A stretch of 64,000 nucleotides of DNA. Source: Histomonas meleagridis 2922-C6/04-290x (Eukaryota; Protista; Parabasalia). Under the pieces are notes generated by a model. It did no database searches. It saw only the letters and a program-made list of their open reading frames with translations, and had not been told where the DNA came from. A program made the translations under genes and the position numbers. The stretch spans positions 1 to 64,000 of the forward strand of contig JAANOX010000039.1 in NCBI GenBank assembly GCA_020184695.1. Direction: 5' to 3'. Shown here in pieces: positions 12,936 through 22,755 of the stretch. How positions within the stretch are numbered: the first letter of the stretch is position 1; every line of letters begins with the position of its first letter.

Positions 12936-13514
12936 ATGTTAATTTTATTTTTCATTCATACACTTCAAATTTTTAATAATATAACAGAAACACATGGTGT
13001 ATCAGCTGCAAATGACAAACATGTTTAGTTTACTAAACCAAAATCAGTTCCAATTCAAATAATTAAAACATATTCTATAACTTATTTGTTAACAAATACT
13101 CGCTCATACACATTATATAAAACGCATACTTTATCTTTTTTATTAAATGTTTTAGATTCTTCTTCAAGTTATATTCAAAAAGAATTTATTTTATATGATT
13201 ATACTTTGACGTTTTATTCAACTTATCATAAAATTTATTTAAAGAAAAATACAAATCAAACATATTCATCAAATGATAAAAAAACAATTTTAATATTTGT
13301 TTCCATTTTTGTTGTTATTTTTATAGCTATAGTTTAACTACTTGTTGTACTATTAATTCGAATTAAAAATAAAAATGAAATAATAGATGAGGATGCGAAA
13401 TCAGAAAATCAAAATGAAAATAAAGTAATATATACATTTGCTACTTGTGTTCAAATGCCATATATCGATGATGATCCTTTTGCAGAGGACTTTATGGAAG
13501 AAAGCTTTCATTAA
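12936..13514 (+). pseudogene. Truncated type-I membrane surface-protein gene (same tail family as 60755-62710) with two in-frame stops
   Basis: One frame from ATG 12936: MLILFFIHTL..KHV*(TAG 13026)..hydroxyl/aromatic-rich segment..TM ILIFVSIFVVIFIAIV*(TAA 13335)LLVVLLIRIKNKN..IDDDPFAEDFMEESFH*. Confidence 0.7.
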
Positions 13515-13710
13515 AAATGCGTGTATTTAGTTTTGTTTTTTAAAAATTATGAAATTAAAAATATGTTTTTGTTTCATTCGTTGCATCATTCAATTTTCAG
13601 AACCACAGTCAAAAAATTGAGAAAATAACAGACACTTTTCAAGCAATAACCGTCATATGGGACGTTAAAACTGAAAGCGAATTCTAAACCGTTATTAAAT
13701 TTTCTTTTTA

Positions 13711-14532
13711 ATGAATGATTTAATTGCTAAAGCATGGTCAATGGCTCAATTTGATGATATTGACGGGCTTAGAGAATTAGTTCCTAGTCAAGTGAGCCCA
13801 AATGCATCAACTCATTCTGAAGAAAATCATGTACATTCTTTATTAATGTGTGCTTCTGCACATGGTTCTATTGAATGTGCAAAATATTTACTCGAAAATG
13901 GCGCTAATGTTGAACAAAAAAATTTTATGGGCTTTACAGCATTACATTGGACAGCTTTTACAGGTCGTCTTGAGTGTGTTGATCTTTTATTAGATAGTGG
14001 AGCTGACATCAATGCAAAAACAGAAGATGGAAAAACAATTGTACATATTGCTGCATCTCGTGGACACATTAATTATCTCAAATATGTTCTTGATATTGGT
14101 GCTGATTTAGATGCTGTCAATAGCCTTGGATGGACCGCCATATTTCTTGCTGTTGTAGCCAATCAAAAGGCTACTGCCAAATATCTTCTAGAAAGAGGAA
14201 TCGAATATGATTACCTGGATGCCAATCTTCAAAAGCTCACTGACATTGCTGCCAAATACAATAGGACATGGTTCAATAGTCTTTTAGAAGAAAACATTAA
14301 AACTGAACAAAAATCTGAATCTGATAGCAAATCTGAATCACAACCTCCACCAGAAAAATCAATCCCATCTTCATCACCAAAACAAAGTAAGGTTAAAAAG
14401 ATAATTAAAGCTGCGAAAGATGTTAACGAAATCATACAAAACGATTTTTTTGATTCTGATGAATCGACATCAGATGAAGAAACAAAGGCAAAAAAGACAA
14501 CTAAGAAGTCTCCAAAAAAATACAAACAATAA
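13711..14532 (+). CDS. Ankyrin-repeat protein (canonical, uninterrupted repeats) with acidic/basic tail
   Basis: GANVEQKNFMGFTALHWTA, GADINAKTEDGKTIVHIAA, GADLDAVNSLGWTAIFLAV; 4 residues between the K(N/D) position and TAL. Confidence 0.93.
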   Translation: MNDLIAKAWSMAQFDDIDGLRELVPSQVSPNASTHSEENHVHSLLMCASAHGSIECAKYLLENGANVEQKNFMGFTALHWTAFTGRLECVDLLLDSGADINAKTEDGKTIVHIAASRGHINYLKYVLDIGADLDAVNSLGWTAIFLAVVANQKATAKYLLERGIEYDYLDANLQKLTDIAAKYNRTWFNSLLEENIKTEQKSESDSKSESQPPPEKSIPSSSPKQSKVKKIIKAAKDVNEIIQNDFFDSDESTSDEETKAKKTTKKSPKKYKQ

Positions 14533-14860
14533 ATGAATAATTATTCGTTTTATTTGTTTTTGCCAAAAAGATTCTGTTCAACATGTTAACGTCTTTCTGT
14601 TTATTATTATTTGTTTCATTTTCGAAAATGAGCAATTATAATTCACTTATTTAAACATTTAAAGGTATAACAAATGAAGCAACGCAAAAAAGTTAATACA
14701 AATTTTTATATCTCAAAATAATTCATTACAAATTTCGATCATCAATTTTTCCATTGGATATAACGCAAGTAATTTTTTTGCATGTTTCCATTTCTAACTC
14801 ACAAGCTTTGATAAAAACACTTAAATTTAATGAATAATAAATTTTTACAATAACAATATC

Positions 14861-15721
14861 TCATTCGCCAACAGTTCGCGGGTTACCTTGGAATGGGTTA
14901 TGCCTATTTTCTGTTCTTGTATTTCTTTGTTGGTTTGGATTGTATTGGAATCTTTCGGTATTATTATCAATTCCATTAATGTTTGGATGTGGTTGTTGTT
15001 CACCTTCTTCATCTTCCTCATTATTATCAGAGATGAATGGAATAAGTTTCTTTAACGAAAAAGATGGGAATCCTCTTCGATTTCCGTTTTTCTTGATAAA
15101 TCGGATGTATATATATGAAAGAGCAGAACCAAATAAGGTACATACAAAGTCATCAAATGTTGTGAATAATGCCAAAATGAGGGATATGAAAAGAATTGTA
15201 AATGGAAGCATTCTTATATGAATTGGGCCGCAAAAAGAAGGAACTTGAACTGGAAAGAGTTGATGAGCTAACGCCATGGATATTGCTGCTTGACTTGATG
15301 ACCCTGTAAAAATTGGTCGACTTAATAATTCCGAATTTTTCGTAATTAGATATAGAATTAAAAAAAGTAATATCATTAGAATATTTGTATAAAATCCTGT
15401 CATATAGTATACGCGTAAAAATTCTTTGGAACCTATCATTGGTTCGATTAATTTTCCTATCATTAAAATTATAATGCCATCAAGAACACCTTTCAAAAGA
15501 GTGTCATAATAAAACATACCTGTTAGCAGAATCCATATCTTTGGAAATGGGGTCCCAAATGATTGAACAATCAAACAAACATAAGGTCTAAAATTTGGAA
15601 GGTATCCTAAAAAAGAAACAACACCCATAGCTACGCAAAGACATACTGATAATTTTGTTACTTTCTGTGGAAGAATTCTATTTGGATCGTTCATCATGAT
15701 TTTGAAATTAATATCGAACAA
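14861..15721 (-). CDS. TMEM115/DUF1751-like rhomboid-family pseudoprotease
   Basis: WILLTGMFY, GKLIEPMIGSKEFLRVY, multiple TM helices, acidic/polar C-tail. Confidence 0.7.
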   Translation of the reverse strand: MFDINFKIMMNDPNRILPQKVTKLSVCLCVAMGVVSFLGYLPNFRPYVCLIVQSFGTPFPKIWILLTGMFYYDTLLKGVLDGIIILMIGKLIEPMIGSKEFLRVYYMTGFYTNILMILLFLILYLITKNSELLSRPIFTGSSSQAAISMALAHQLFPVQVPSFCGPIHIRMLPFTILFISLILALFTTFDDFVCTLFGSALSYIYIRFIKKNGNRRGFPSFSLKKLIPFISDNNEEDEEGEQQPHPNINGIDNNTERFQYNPNQQRNTRTENRHNPFQGNPRTVGE

Positions 15722-16294
15722 ACATTGTCAAATCAAGTGTTTCTATTATGTAAAACAAGTTTTAAAATTTCAAAACCGTCAGAAATTGAATGCGATTTCA
15801 TGTATTATCTTGAAAATAATGAATGAATCAAAAACACTTAATTAAGAAAATTTAGATCATAATAAATAATTGATTTAATAATAATTAATAAAGATATTTG
15901 AATTTAAGAATTATTAAAACAGTTTTGTTTCAATGAATAGAGATTCCTTTTTCATCACTAGTGATGAAAAAATTAAAAAAAAATTTTTACATTTGGTTCG
16001 CACTGGTTCTGCTAGCCGATGCTCATTTGGGAAACCATCTTATTACAACCTCATGTTTTTGATATTTTCTTTAGAGATCTTCAAACTGAAAAATAAACAT
16101 ATTCCCTTAAAAACTTTTACAATATGAAAGCAATCATTTGTTATAAAGCTTAATTTTTCTCTGTTCTTTTTAAGATCATAAAATAAGGATGTTAAAAAAA
16201 AAAAAAATTATAACCATTTTCAATGAATTAAATGAATTCATTTTCAAATTAAATGATGTTAAAGAATGTTTTTCTTTATTTAAAAAACACTTAT

Positions 16295-17503
16295 TTATGG
16301 TGAATTCAACAAAAGTGTATTTAATTCTTGCGCTTCCTTAATCGACTTTGTTCTATTATCTTCACATAAAGAATTCAAATTTATTACCATTGGCGTACTC
16401 AATGGCCTATTATTCTGTATTATGAATCCCATCATTTTGCAGAACATTCGGGCCTTTCTAAACATAGTTTGATTGTCTCGAATTCCTAATATTGTGTTAA
16501 CGGTCGTCGATATATATTCATTTAAAAAAGCGTCTGAAGCGTGGCCAGAGAGGATATAGCTCGTAACAACATCAATAGAGGCAACAGTGAGATCCAGGTT
16601 TAACAAGATTTTGGGTATATTTTGGTTATTAGAAGATAATATATTTATCACCTCTTTGGCTACTTCTGTGTTATTTTCTATTAGAAACTGTATACCAGAT
16701 GGTTGTAAGTTGATTTCTTCTACTAATGTCGAGTCTTTTTTGAGTTCTGTGATTAATGAATCGGATTCGCCACAGCGAAGCCGAAACTCTGTGGCTTTGT
16801 TAATAAGCGCAATAGCAGCTGACCTTGATCCAACTGTAACACCTTCGTCGAAAATAAATGGTGGATTATCAAATGAATTAATTAATGATACTTCATCTTC
16901 AAAAATTGGTGATAAATTTGGAGCTGGAAGAAATAGTGGTGCTTCAAAGTTATTCCAAAATGTTTGATCTTGTAGAATTTCAATAAGAACTTGGTTATGA
17001 TCCATTACATTATCGGAATCATTTTCTTCTCGCATAACAATAACAGGGGATATTCGAATGTGTGATGTGTCGACTGATAATGTTTGCTCTTTGGGATTTG
17101 GTACTTCTGAAAATGAAAAATTTGGACTGAAAATCTGTTGTATACTTAAGGATCCAATTGATTCAATTGAAATGCTGTTTATAATACTACGAGTTAATTC
17201 TTGTAGCTGTGGAGAATAAAGATTTGGGTCTGATAAACATGAATCAGATATGTATTGAAACACTGAAAAAAATGGATGATTTGAAATATCTTTAACTTGG
17301 GATTCACGGTAGAGAAAATATGTAGCAACAACTTGCTGCTTATGATCGAGAAGTCCATCTGTTAATAAAAGAGATAATGCTGTTAAAGCAGAAACTCTTT
17401 CTCCAAAACTTAATGAAGATGTAAAGTCGGTAAATATATCTGCTAGTTTCCTGTCTTCGTTGTTTAAAATTGAAAGAATTGCATGAGTTTCCTTTGGTTC
17501 CAT
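16295..17503 (-). CDS. CNOT11: CCR4-NOT complex subunit 11 homolog
   Basis: QFLIENNTEVAKEVI, LDLTVASIDVV, FLNEYISTTV, RKARMFCKMMGFIIQN match the CNOT11 C-terminal (DUF2363) pattern; N-terminal ..VVATYFLY..NHPFFSVF. Start ATG 17503. Confidence 0.8.
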   Translation of the reverse strand: MEPKETHAILSILNNEDRKLADIFTDFTSSLSFGERVSALTALSLLLTDGLLDHKQQVVATYFLYRESQVKDISNHPFFSVFQYISDSCLSDPNLYSPQLQELTRSIINSISIESIGSLSIQQIFSPNFSFSEVPNPKEQTLSVDTSHIRISPVIVMREENDSDNVMDHNQVLIEILQDQTFWNNFEAPLFLPAPNLSPIFEDEVSLINSFDNPPFIFDEGVTVGSRSAAIALINKATEFRLRCGESDSLITELKKDSTLVEEINLQPSGIQFLIENNTEVAKEVINILSSNNQNIPKILLNLDLTVASIDVVTSYILSGHASDAFLNEYISTTVNTILGIRDNQTMFRKARMFCKMMGFIIQNNRPLSTPMVINLNSLCEDNRTKSIKEAQELNTLLLNSP

Positions 17504-18041
17504 TACAACAAATTGAATATCTTTGTTTGTTTCCAATGAAGAAATATCACTGAAACAATCTAATGCTCTAGATTTAATATGTAAATACATTATTGCCAGA
17601 AGAGAAAATTATCCTTTGAATTTAAATTTTGAAAATTGTTTTTAATTTTTTTTTCATTTCATCTACCATTATCAATAATGTGTATCATTTTCTGGGAAGT
17701 TAAAATCATGAATTTTAAGCATTTGTAATAAGCTACATATAGCAATTTGGCATTTTTGTTCAAGAACGTAATAAATCAAGATCTTGAAAAACATTTCTAA
17801 ACTTAAAACATTTCTTGAAATTTCAACATTTTAAAGAATTTAAATTAAATTAAAAAATATATATTTAAATTCCATATATTTTAAAATAAAATACAATTGC
17901 CCATTGGAAATCTATTAAAAATTTGTTTGGTTTTATTTTTAATTACGAATTTTGTTATACCAAAAACTGATTTTTACTGGTAATTGTAAAATTTTTATTT
18001 AATGTTTCGGTATAGTTTTGTAACAAAACTATATTTTGTTG

Positions 18042-19058
18042 ATGGCAAGTACGAAGTTATTTCCTCTTGCAAACATTGTTTCAGTTGAAGCATACGAACC
18101 AGTCGGATATTTATGGCATATTCCTAAAATTGGTTCAGGAATATGTCCAAGTTGTAACAATCCTGTTGATAAAACAATACTTAATTTTGGTGGGTATGAT
18201 TGGCATCCAGAATGTTTCAACTGTAGTTTATGCAATGAACCATTTACAGATGAAGGATGCGTTCATAAAGGAGATTTAATTCTTCACCAAAAGTGTTTTA
18301 AGAAATGCTTTTGTGATAGGTGTACAAAGTGCACGAAATTAATCTCACCTAGTAAGAAGGTTGAAGCAATAGGAAAATCTTTTCATAGAAAATGTTTTAT
18401 ATGTACAAAATGTGGTGAAAATAACATAGAAACAAAATTTTTTACAATATATCAAAGTCCTTTTTGTAATCATTGTTATGAAGAAATTTCTCAACATTTC
18501 CCTAAATGTATTACTTGTTCCAAGCCGATTAATCCATCTGGAAATTATAAAGAAATATTTTACCATGGTAAGAAATATTTTGTTCATTCACATGGATGTT
18601 ATATGTGCCAATTTTGCCCAAATAACTTAACTGATGGGAAATTTAATATATATAAAGGAAAGATATTATGTGGTACTTGTTACAAAAATGGTCTGACAAA
18701 AATATGTGGTGTATGTAATGAACCAATTTTCGAATATGCAAATGTAATTGAAAGTGTTTGGTTCCATCGAGAACATTTTATTTGTTCAGTTTGTAGTCAA
18801 CCAATATCACAAAACAATTGTGTTCTAATAAACGGTATACTAAAGTGTAATGCATGTGCAGCAGAACTTAGGTGCCCTGGATGCGGTGGAATCGTACAAG
18901 ATGAAGGAAGGAAATTATGCAAAGAAACTTGGCATAAAAAATGCATAAAATGCCAATTTTGCAACAAAGATTTATCTGGATCTAACTCAAGATTAGTTTT
19001 CTTCAAGAAAGGTCCGTGCTGTTTAGAATGTCATAAAAAACAAAAAGCATCAAATTAG
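18042..19058 (+). CDS. Multi-LIM-domain protein (about 5 LIM domains)
   Basis: Repeated CxxC..WHxxCFxCxxC..(H/C)xxC motifs. Confidence 0.92.
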   Translation: MASTKLFPLANIVSVEAYEPVGYLWHIPKIGSGICPSCNNPVDKTILNFGGYDWHPECFNCSLCNEPFTDEGCVHKGDLILHQKCFKKCFCDRCTKCTKLISPSKKVEAIGKSFHRKCFICTKCGENNIETKFFTIYQSPFCNHCYEEISQHFPKCITCSKPINPSGNYKEIFYHGKKYFVHSHGCYMCQFCPNNLTDGKFNIYKGKILCGTCYKNGLTKICGVCNEPIFEYANVIESVWFHREHFICSVCSQPISQNNCVLINGILKCNACAAELRCPGCGGIVQDEGRKLCKETWHKKCIKCQFCNKDLSGSNSRLVFFKKGPCCLECHKKQKASN

Positions 19059-19274
19059 TTGAAGATAAACAATTAATTGTTTTTCCAATTTTTTCTTCTT
19101 AAACATTTATTTTATTATTTATTGAATTAATTGATTTAAATCCATAATAAATAATATGTTAAAATGATATTGAATTGCATATTAATGTATTTGATGAAAA
19201 AATCATAAAAAACCGATACCATAACTGTAATGCTCTGAATTTTATGTAAAACGATATGTCGACCGTTTATCACT

Positions 19275-19934
19275 ATGACTCAGACCATCGCTTCCCTTCT
19301 TAAAAGGCCTGAAAATGAATATTGTGCAGACTGCAAAAAGAAGATTCCAACATGGGCTAGTTCAAATTTAGGTATTTTTATTTGTATTGATTGCAGTGGA
19401 ATCCATCGTTCTCTTGGTACGCACATTTCATTCGTACGTTCTTGTACTTTGGACACATGGACTACTGATCAAATTAATTTTATGGCTTCTGTTGGAAATA
19501 AGATTGGAAATGAATATTGGGAAGCAAAACTTCCTGATGACTTCAAGAGACCTGATCCAGCAAATAGTTTCCAAATGACAAACTTTATCAGACAGAAGTA
19601 TGTACAAAGAAAGTGGGCAGCAGATGGTCCACCTCCATCTCCGATTAATTCACAAAGAAACTTTCAACCGAAGCCAAAATCTGAAACGCCTGAAGAAACA
19701 AAGAACGAGCCACAAAAGATCCAAACTACCCCAGCTCATAAATCCAAAAGTCTCGAAACAATCAATCGAAATGATGTGACAATCGAAGATATATTTGGAA
19801 CAAGTACAATGTCACACCAAAGAATAACACATAACTACCAACCACAACAGCAAAGCACAGAAATTTCTGCTGCAAGAAAACCAGGTAAAAAGATACCTGA
19901 AAGACTTCTTCGCAAAATGAGAAATGACAACTAG
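19275..19934 (+). CDS. ArfGAP-domain protein (SMAP/AGD-like)
   Basis: CADC-x16[26 protein letters not shown], FIRQKY; Inr-like TCACT abuts the ATG. Confidence 0.95.
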   Translation: MTQTIASLLKRPENEYCADCKKKIPTWASSNLGIFICIDCSGIHRSLGTHISFVRSCTLDTWTTDQINFMASVGNKIGNEYWEAKLPDDFKRPDPANSFQMTNFIRQKYVQRKWAADGPPPSPINSQRNFQPKPKSETPEETKNEPQKIQTTPAHKSKSLETINRNDVTIEDIFGTSTMSHQRITHNYQPQQQSTEISAARKPGKKIPERLLRKMRNDN

Positions 19935-19996
19935 TTACATTTAATATTGTATTTTGCAATACTTACAAAATGATTTTTAGAAACAAAATCGAATAA

Positions 19997-20734
19997 TTAT
20001 TGATTATTCGTATTCAAATATTCTTTCGTAAACTTAATTAATTCCTCAACTGTTGATCTTTTTAGTGTTGTGAGATCTACAACAATCTCAGTACCACTAA
20101 TGTTTTGTTTTTTTTCGTGCTTTGATATTAATTGGAGAATTTTTTCATGGTAACTGTCATCTTTAATTTCATTGGAAACACCAGAGAGCCAATGAAGATC
20201 ATCAATACTTATGAAATTATTTGGCTGTATATCCTTTGGAACTTTTTGGGAAAGATTTCGTGTATATGAAGAATATTTTTCTGGACACTTCAACATAGAA
20301 CGGCATGACTTCTCACGATACTTGAGAACTTGTTGAAACCATTCTACTGGCGAACAATTGAAAAGGAATTTTGCTTTTGCTTTTTTAAATATTTTTTGAA
20401 AATCATTTTCTATTTCTGGAATTTGCTCGCAGTAGCCTTTAATTATTGAAAAAATTGAATTTTCCCATGATTCTAATGATTCAAATTGATCATTTTTCAG
20501 ATCGCTAATAGACATATTAATTGCTTCTGTTAAACCTTGCATTAAAGGGTGATTCTTTAATTCTTCCATTGTTGAAATTGCACCATTTTTTTCTGATAGC
20601 TTCATGAAGCTGTTACCCAAACTAAACAAAGGTTCACAAAAAATCACTTCACGTCCTGAGACCGTTACACAAATTGAAAAAATTGTATCAACATTGAATC
20701 TTGTTGGAAATTTGGAGTGATTGTAAGCCGACAT
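19997..20734 (-). CDS. Degenerate bromodomain + extra-terminal (ET/NET) domain protein
   Basis: C-terminal LHWLSGVSNEI..EKILQLISKHE..EIVVDLTTLKRSTVEELIKF is ET-like; N-terminal IFCEP. Start ATG 20734. Confidence 0.65.
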   Translation of the reverse strand: MSAYNHSKFPTRFNVDTIFSICVTVSGREVIFCEPLFSLGNSFMKLSEKNGAISTMEELKNHPLMQGLTEAINMSISDLKNDQFESLESWENSIFSIIKGYCEQIPEIENDFQKIFKKAKAKFLFNCSPVEWFQQVLKYREKSCRSMLKCPEKYSSYTRNLSQKVPKDIQPNNFISIDDLHWLSGVSNEIKDDSYHEKILQLISKHEKKQNISGTEIVVDLTTLKRSTVEELIKFTKEYLNTNNQ

Positions 20735-20755
20735 ACCAAAACAAAAAAATCCAAA

Positions 20756-22679
20756 ATGAGCAATCAAAGGAAAGAAACAAAAACGAAACAAATAATTCAC
20801 AACAAATTGGAATTCCTTGTATTTGTTAAACAAATAATTTTCAATTTGAATGAAGAAAATATTATTCAATCCTTTAATTCGTTAATCACTCAATTTGATG
20901 GAAACCATTTTTACTCATTCAACCTTTATGTTAGTCAAATGATATATATACTTTTTAGTATGCGAATAAATCATTATGAAATTTATTTTGATTTTATAAA
21001 AAAAATTGAACAATATGAAGAGAATAACAACAAACCCAAAATTTTAGGAGCGTTTACAAGTTTCCTTTTGCTTGAGCACAAATTAGATCAAGAAACATAT
21101 ATATTCTTGAGTATTTGATTGAAAATAAATACATTGAACCAAAAATTGCCAAAGATATAGATATTCCATATTTTATACACTATATGTCTGAAGAAGAAAT
21201 TAATGAATTAGAAAAAGATAATTATTTTGGGCAAATCCAAGAAAATTATGATAAACTATCAAAGAATGATTGGGAACTTCATAAACGTTTCATAAAAGAA
21301 GGAAATAATAAATTTGGAATCGCAAAAATAATACGGAATGATGATGTTGAAAAACTTCAAAAAATTTCATCACAAACGAATTTTGATTTTAATCAATATA
21401 TTGAGCAATCAATGTATGAAAGATGTTCATTTATTAATCAATGGAATATTTCATTAATAGATTATGCAGCATTTTTTGGTTCAATTAAATGTTTCAAATA
21501 TTTACTTATGAATGGTGCAGATGTTTATTATACAGGTAAATATGCAATTGCAAGTGGAAATGCAGAAATCATTCATTTATGTGAACAAAATCATGCATCA
21601 TTTAAAGGTGCATATGAAACAGCAATACAATTTCATCAAAAAGATATCTTCAAATATTTATATGAATACAAAATAAGGGTAATTGATAATTTAGAAGAAT
21701 TAGGAAAGTTTTGTATTTTATATCATAACTATGAAATCTTTTTATTCTTACTTGAAAATGGATTGAAAATTGATGATGATATTATAAATGAATCAGCAAA
21801 GATCTGTAACTTGTTTTTATTCGAATATTTTCTTCTAAATTATAAAATCCGAAAAAATATTTTATCATATTCTTCAAATTCTGGAAATATTGAACTTGTC
21901 AAATATATTTTAGAGCAAAAAGGAATTGATATTAATGCTAAAAATATTTATTTGTTTTACTTGAAATTTATTTTAATAATTTTATATTTCAAAATAATAT
22001 TTGGAAATTATTTAAATTATTTGAAACAGCACTTATATATGCATCTGATGAAGGTTATACAGAAATAGTTCAATTACTTCTTGAACAAGAAGGAATTGAT
22101 ATTAATGCTAAATATATTTATTTGTTTTATTTAATGTTTATTTTAATAATTTCTTATTTCAAAATAATATTTGGAAATTATTTAAATTATTTAAAACAGC
22201 ACTTATGAAAGCATCTGAAAATGGTCATACAGAAATAGTTAAATTGCTTCTTGAACAAGAAGTAATTGATATTAATGCTAAAGATATTTATTTGTTTTAT
22301 TTATAATTTATTTAAATAATTTTATATTTCAAAATAATATTTGGAAATTATTTAAATTATTATATACAGCACTTATGTTAGCAACTAAAAATGGTTACAC
22401 AGAAATAGTTAAATTACTTCTTGATCAAAAAGGAATTGATATTAATGCTAAAAATATACATTTGTTTTATTTGAAATTTATTTCAATAATTTTATATTTC
22501 AAAATAATATTTGGAAATTATTTAAATTATTTGAAACAGCACTTATATATGCATCTGATGAAGGTTATACAGAAATAGTTCAATTACTTCTTGAACAAGA
22601 AGGAATTGATATTAATGCTAAATATATTTATTTGTTTTATTTAATGTTTATTTTAATAATTTTATATTTCAAAATAATA
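20756..22679 (+). CDS. DUF3447-type ankyrin gene; one 1-nt frameshift at ~21105; five spacer-interrupted ANK repeats; 3' end cut by mariner
   Basis: NLNEENI..LSKNDWELHKRFIKEG..IIRNDDVEKLQ..SLIDYAAFFGSIKCFKYLLMNGA..AIQFHQKDIFKYLYE, then 170-nt periodic ANK exon/spacer units from 21946. Confidence 0.85.
21946..22679 (+). other. Array of ANK-interrupting spacers: D-to-T intervals 21946-22025, 22116-22195, 22286-22365, 22456-22535 (all 80 nt) and a fifth from 22626 cut by mariner
   Basis: Direct count; exact 170-nt period; spacer ~9% GC. Confidence 0.9.
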
Positions 22680-22755
22680 TAGGATGTCCGGTAGAAGTAT
22701 TAGCATCTCAAAATAGAAAGAAAATAAATAAAAACAAAAAATATTATTTTTTTCT

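Noticed and set aside
21953-22029. GT(TTT)...ACAG as a conventional GT-AG intron in the ANK spacers
   Set aside because: Joining gives N-I-Y-F-T-Y-I-C-I-stop, out of the ANK frame. The AG is part of the Thr-Ala codons and is absent in several copies; there is no branch motif.
21946-22067. Spacers as genuine hydrophobic coding inserts (IYLFYLKFILIILYFKIIFGNYLNYLKQHLYMHLMKVIQK in the ORF track)
   Set aside because: This is read-through of AT-rich spacer into the wrong frame of the next ANK exon. Many copies have stops in that frame, and lengths are not multiples of three.
21901-22679. CRISPR-like array interpretation of the periodic repeat/spacer pattern
   Set aside because: The units are eukaryotic ankyrin coding segments, the spacers are homologous to one another, and no cas genes are present.
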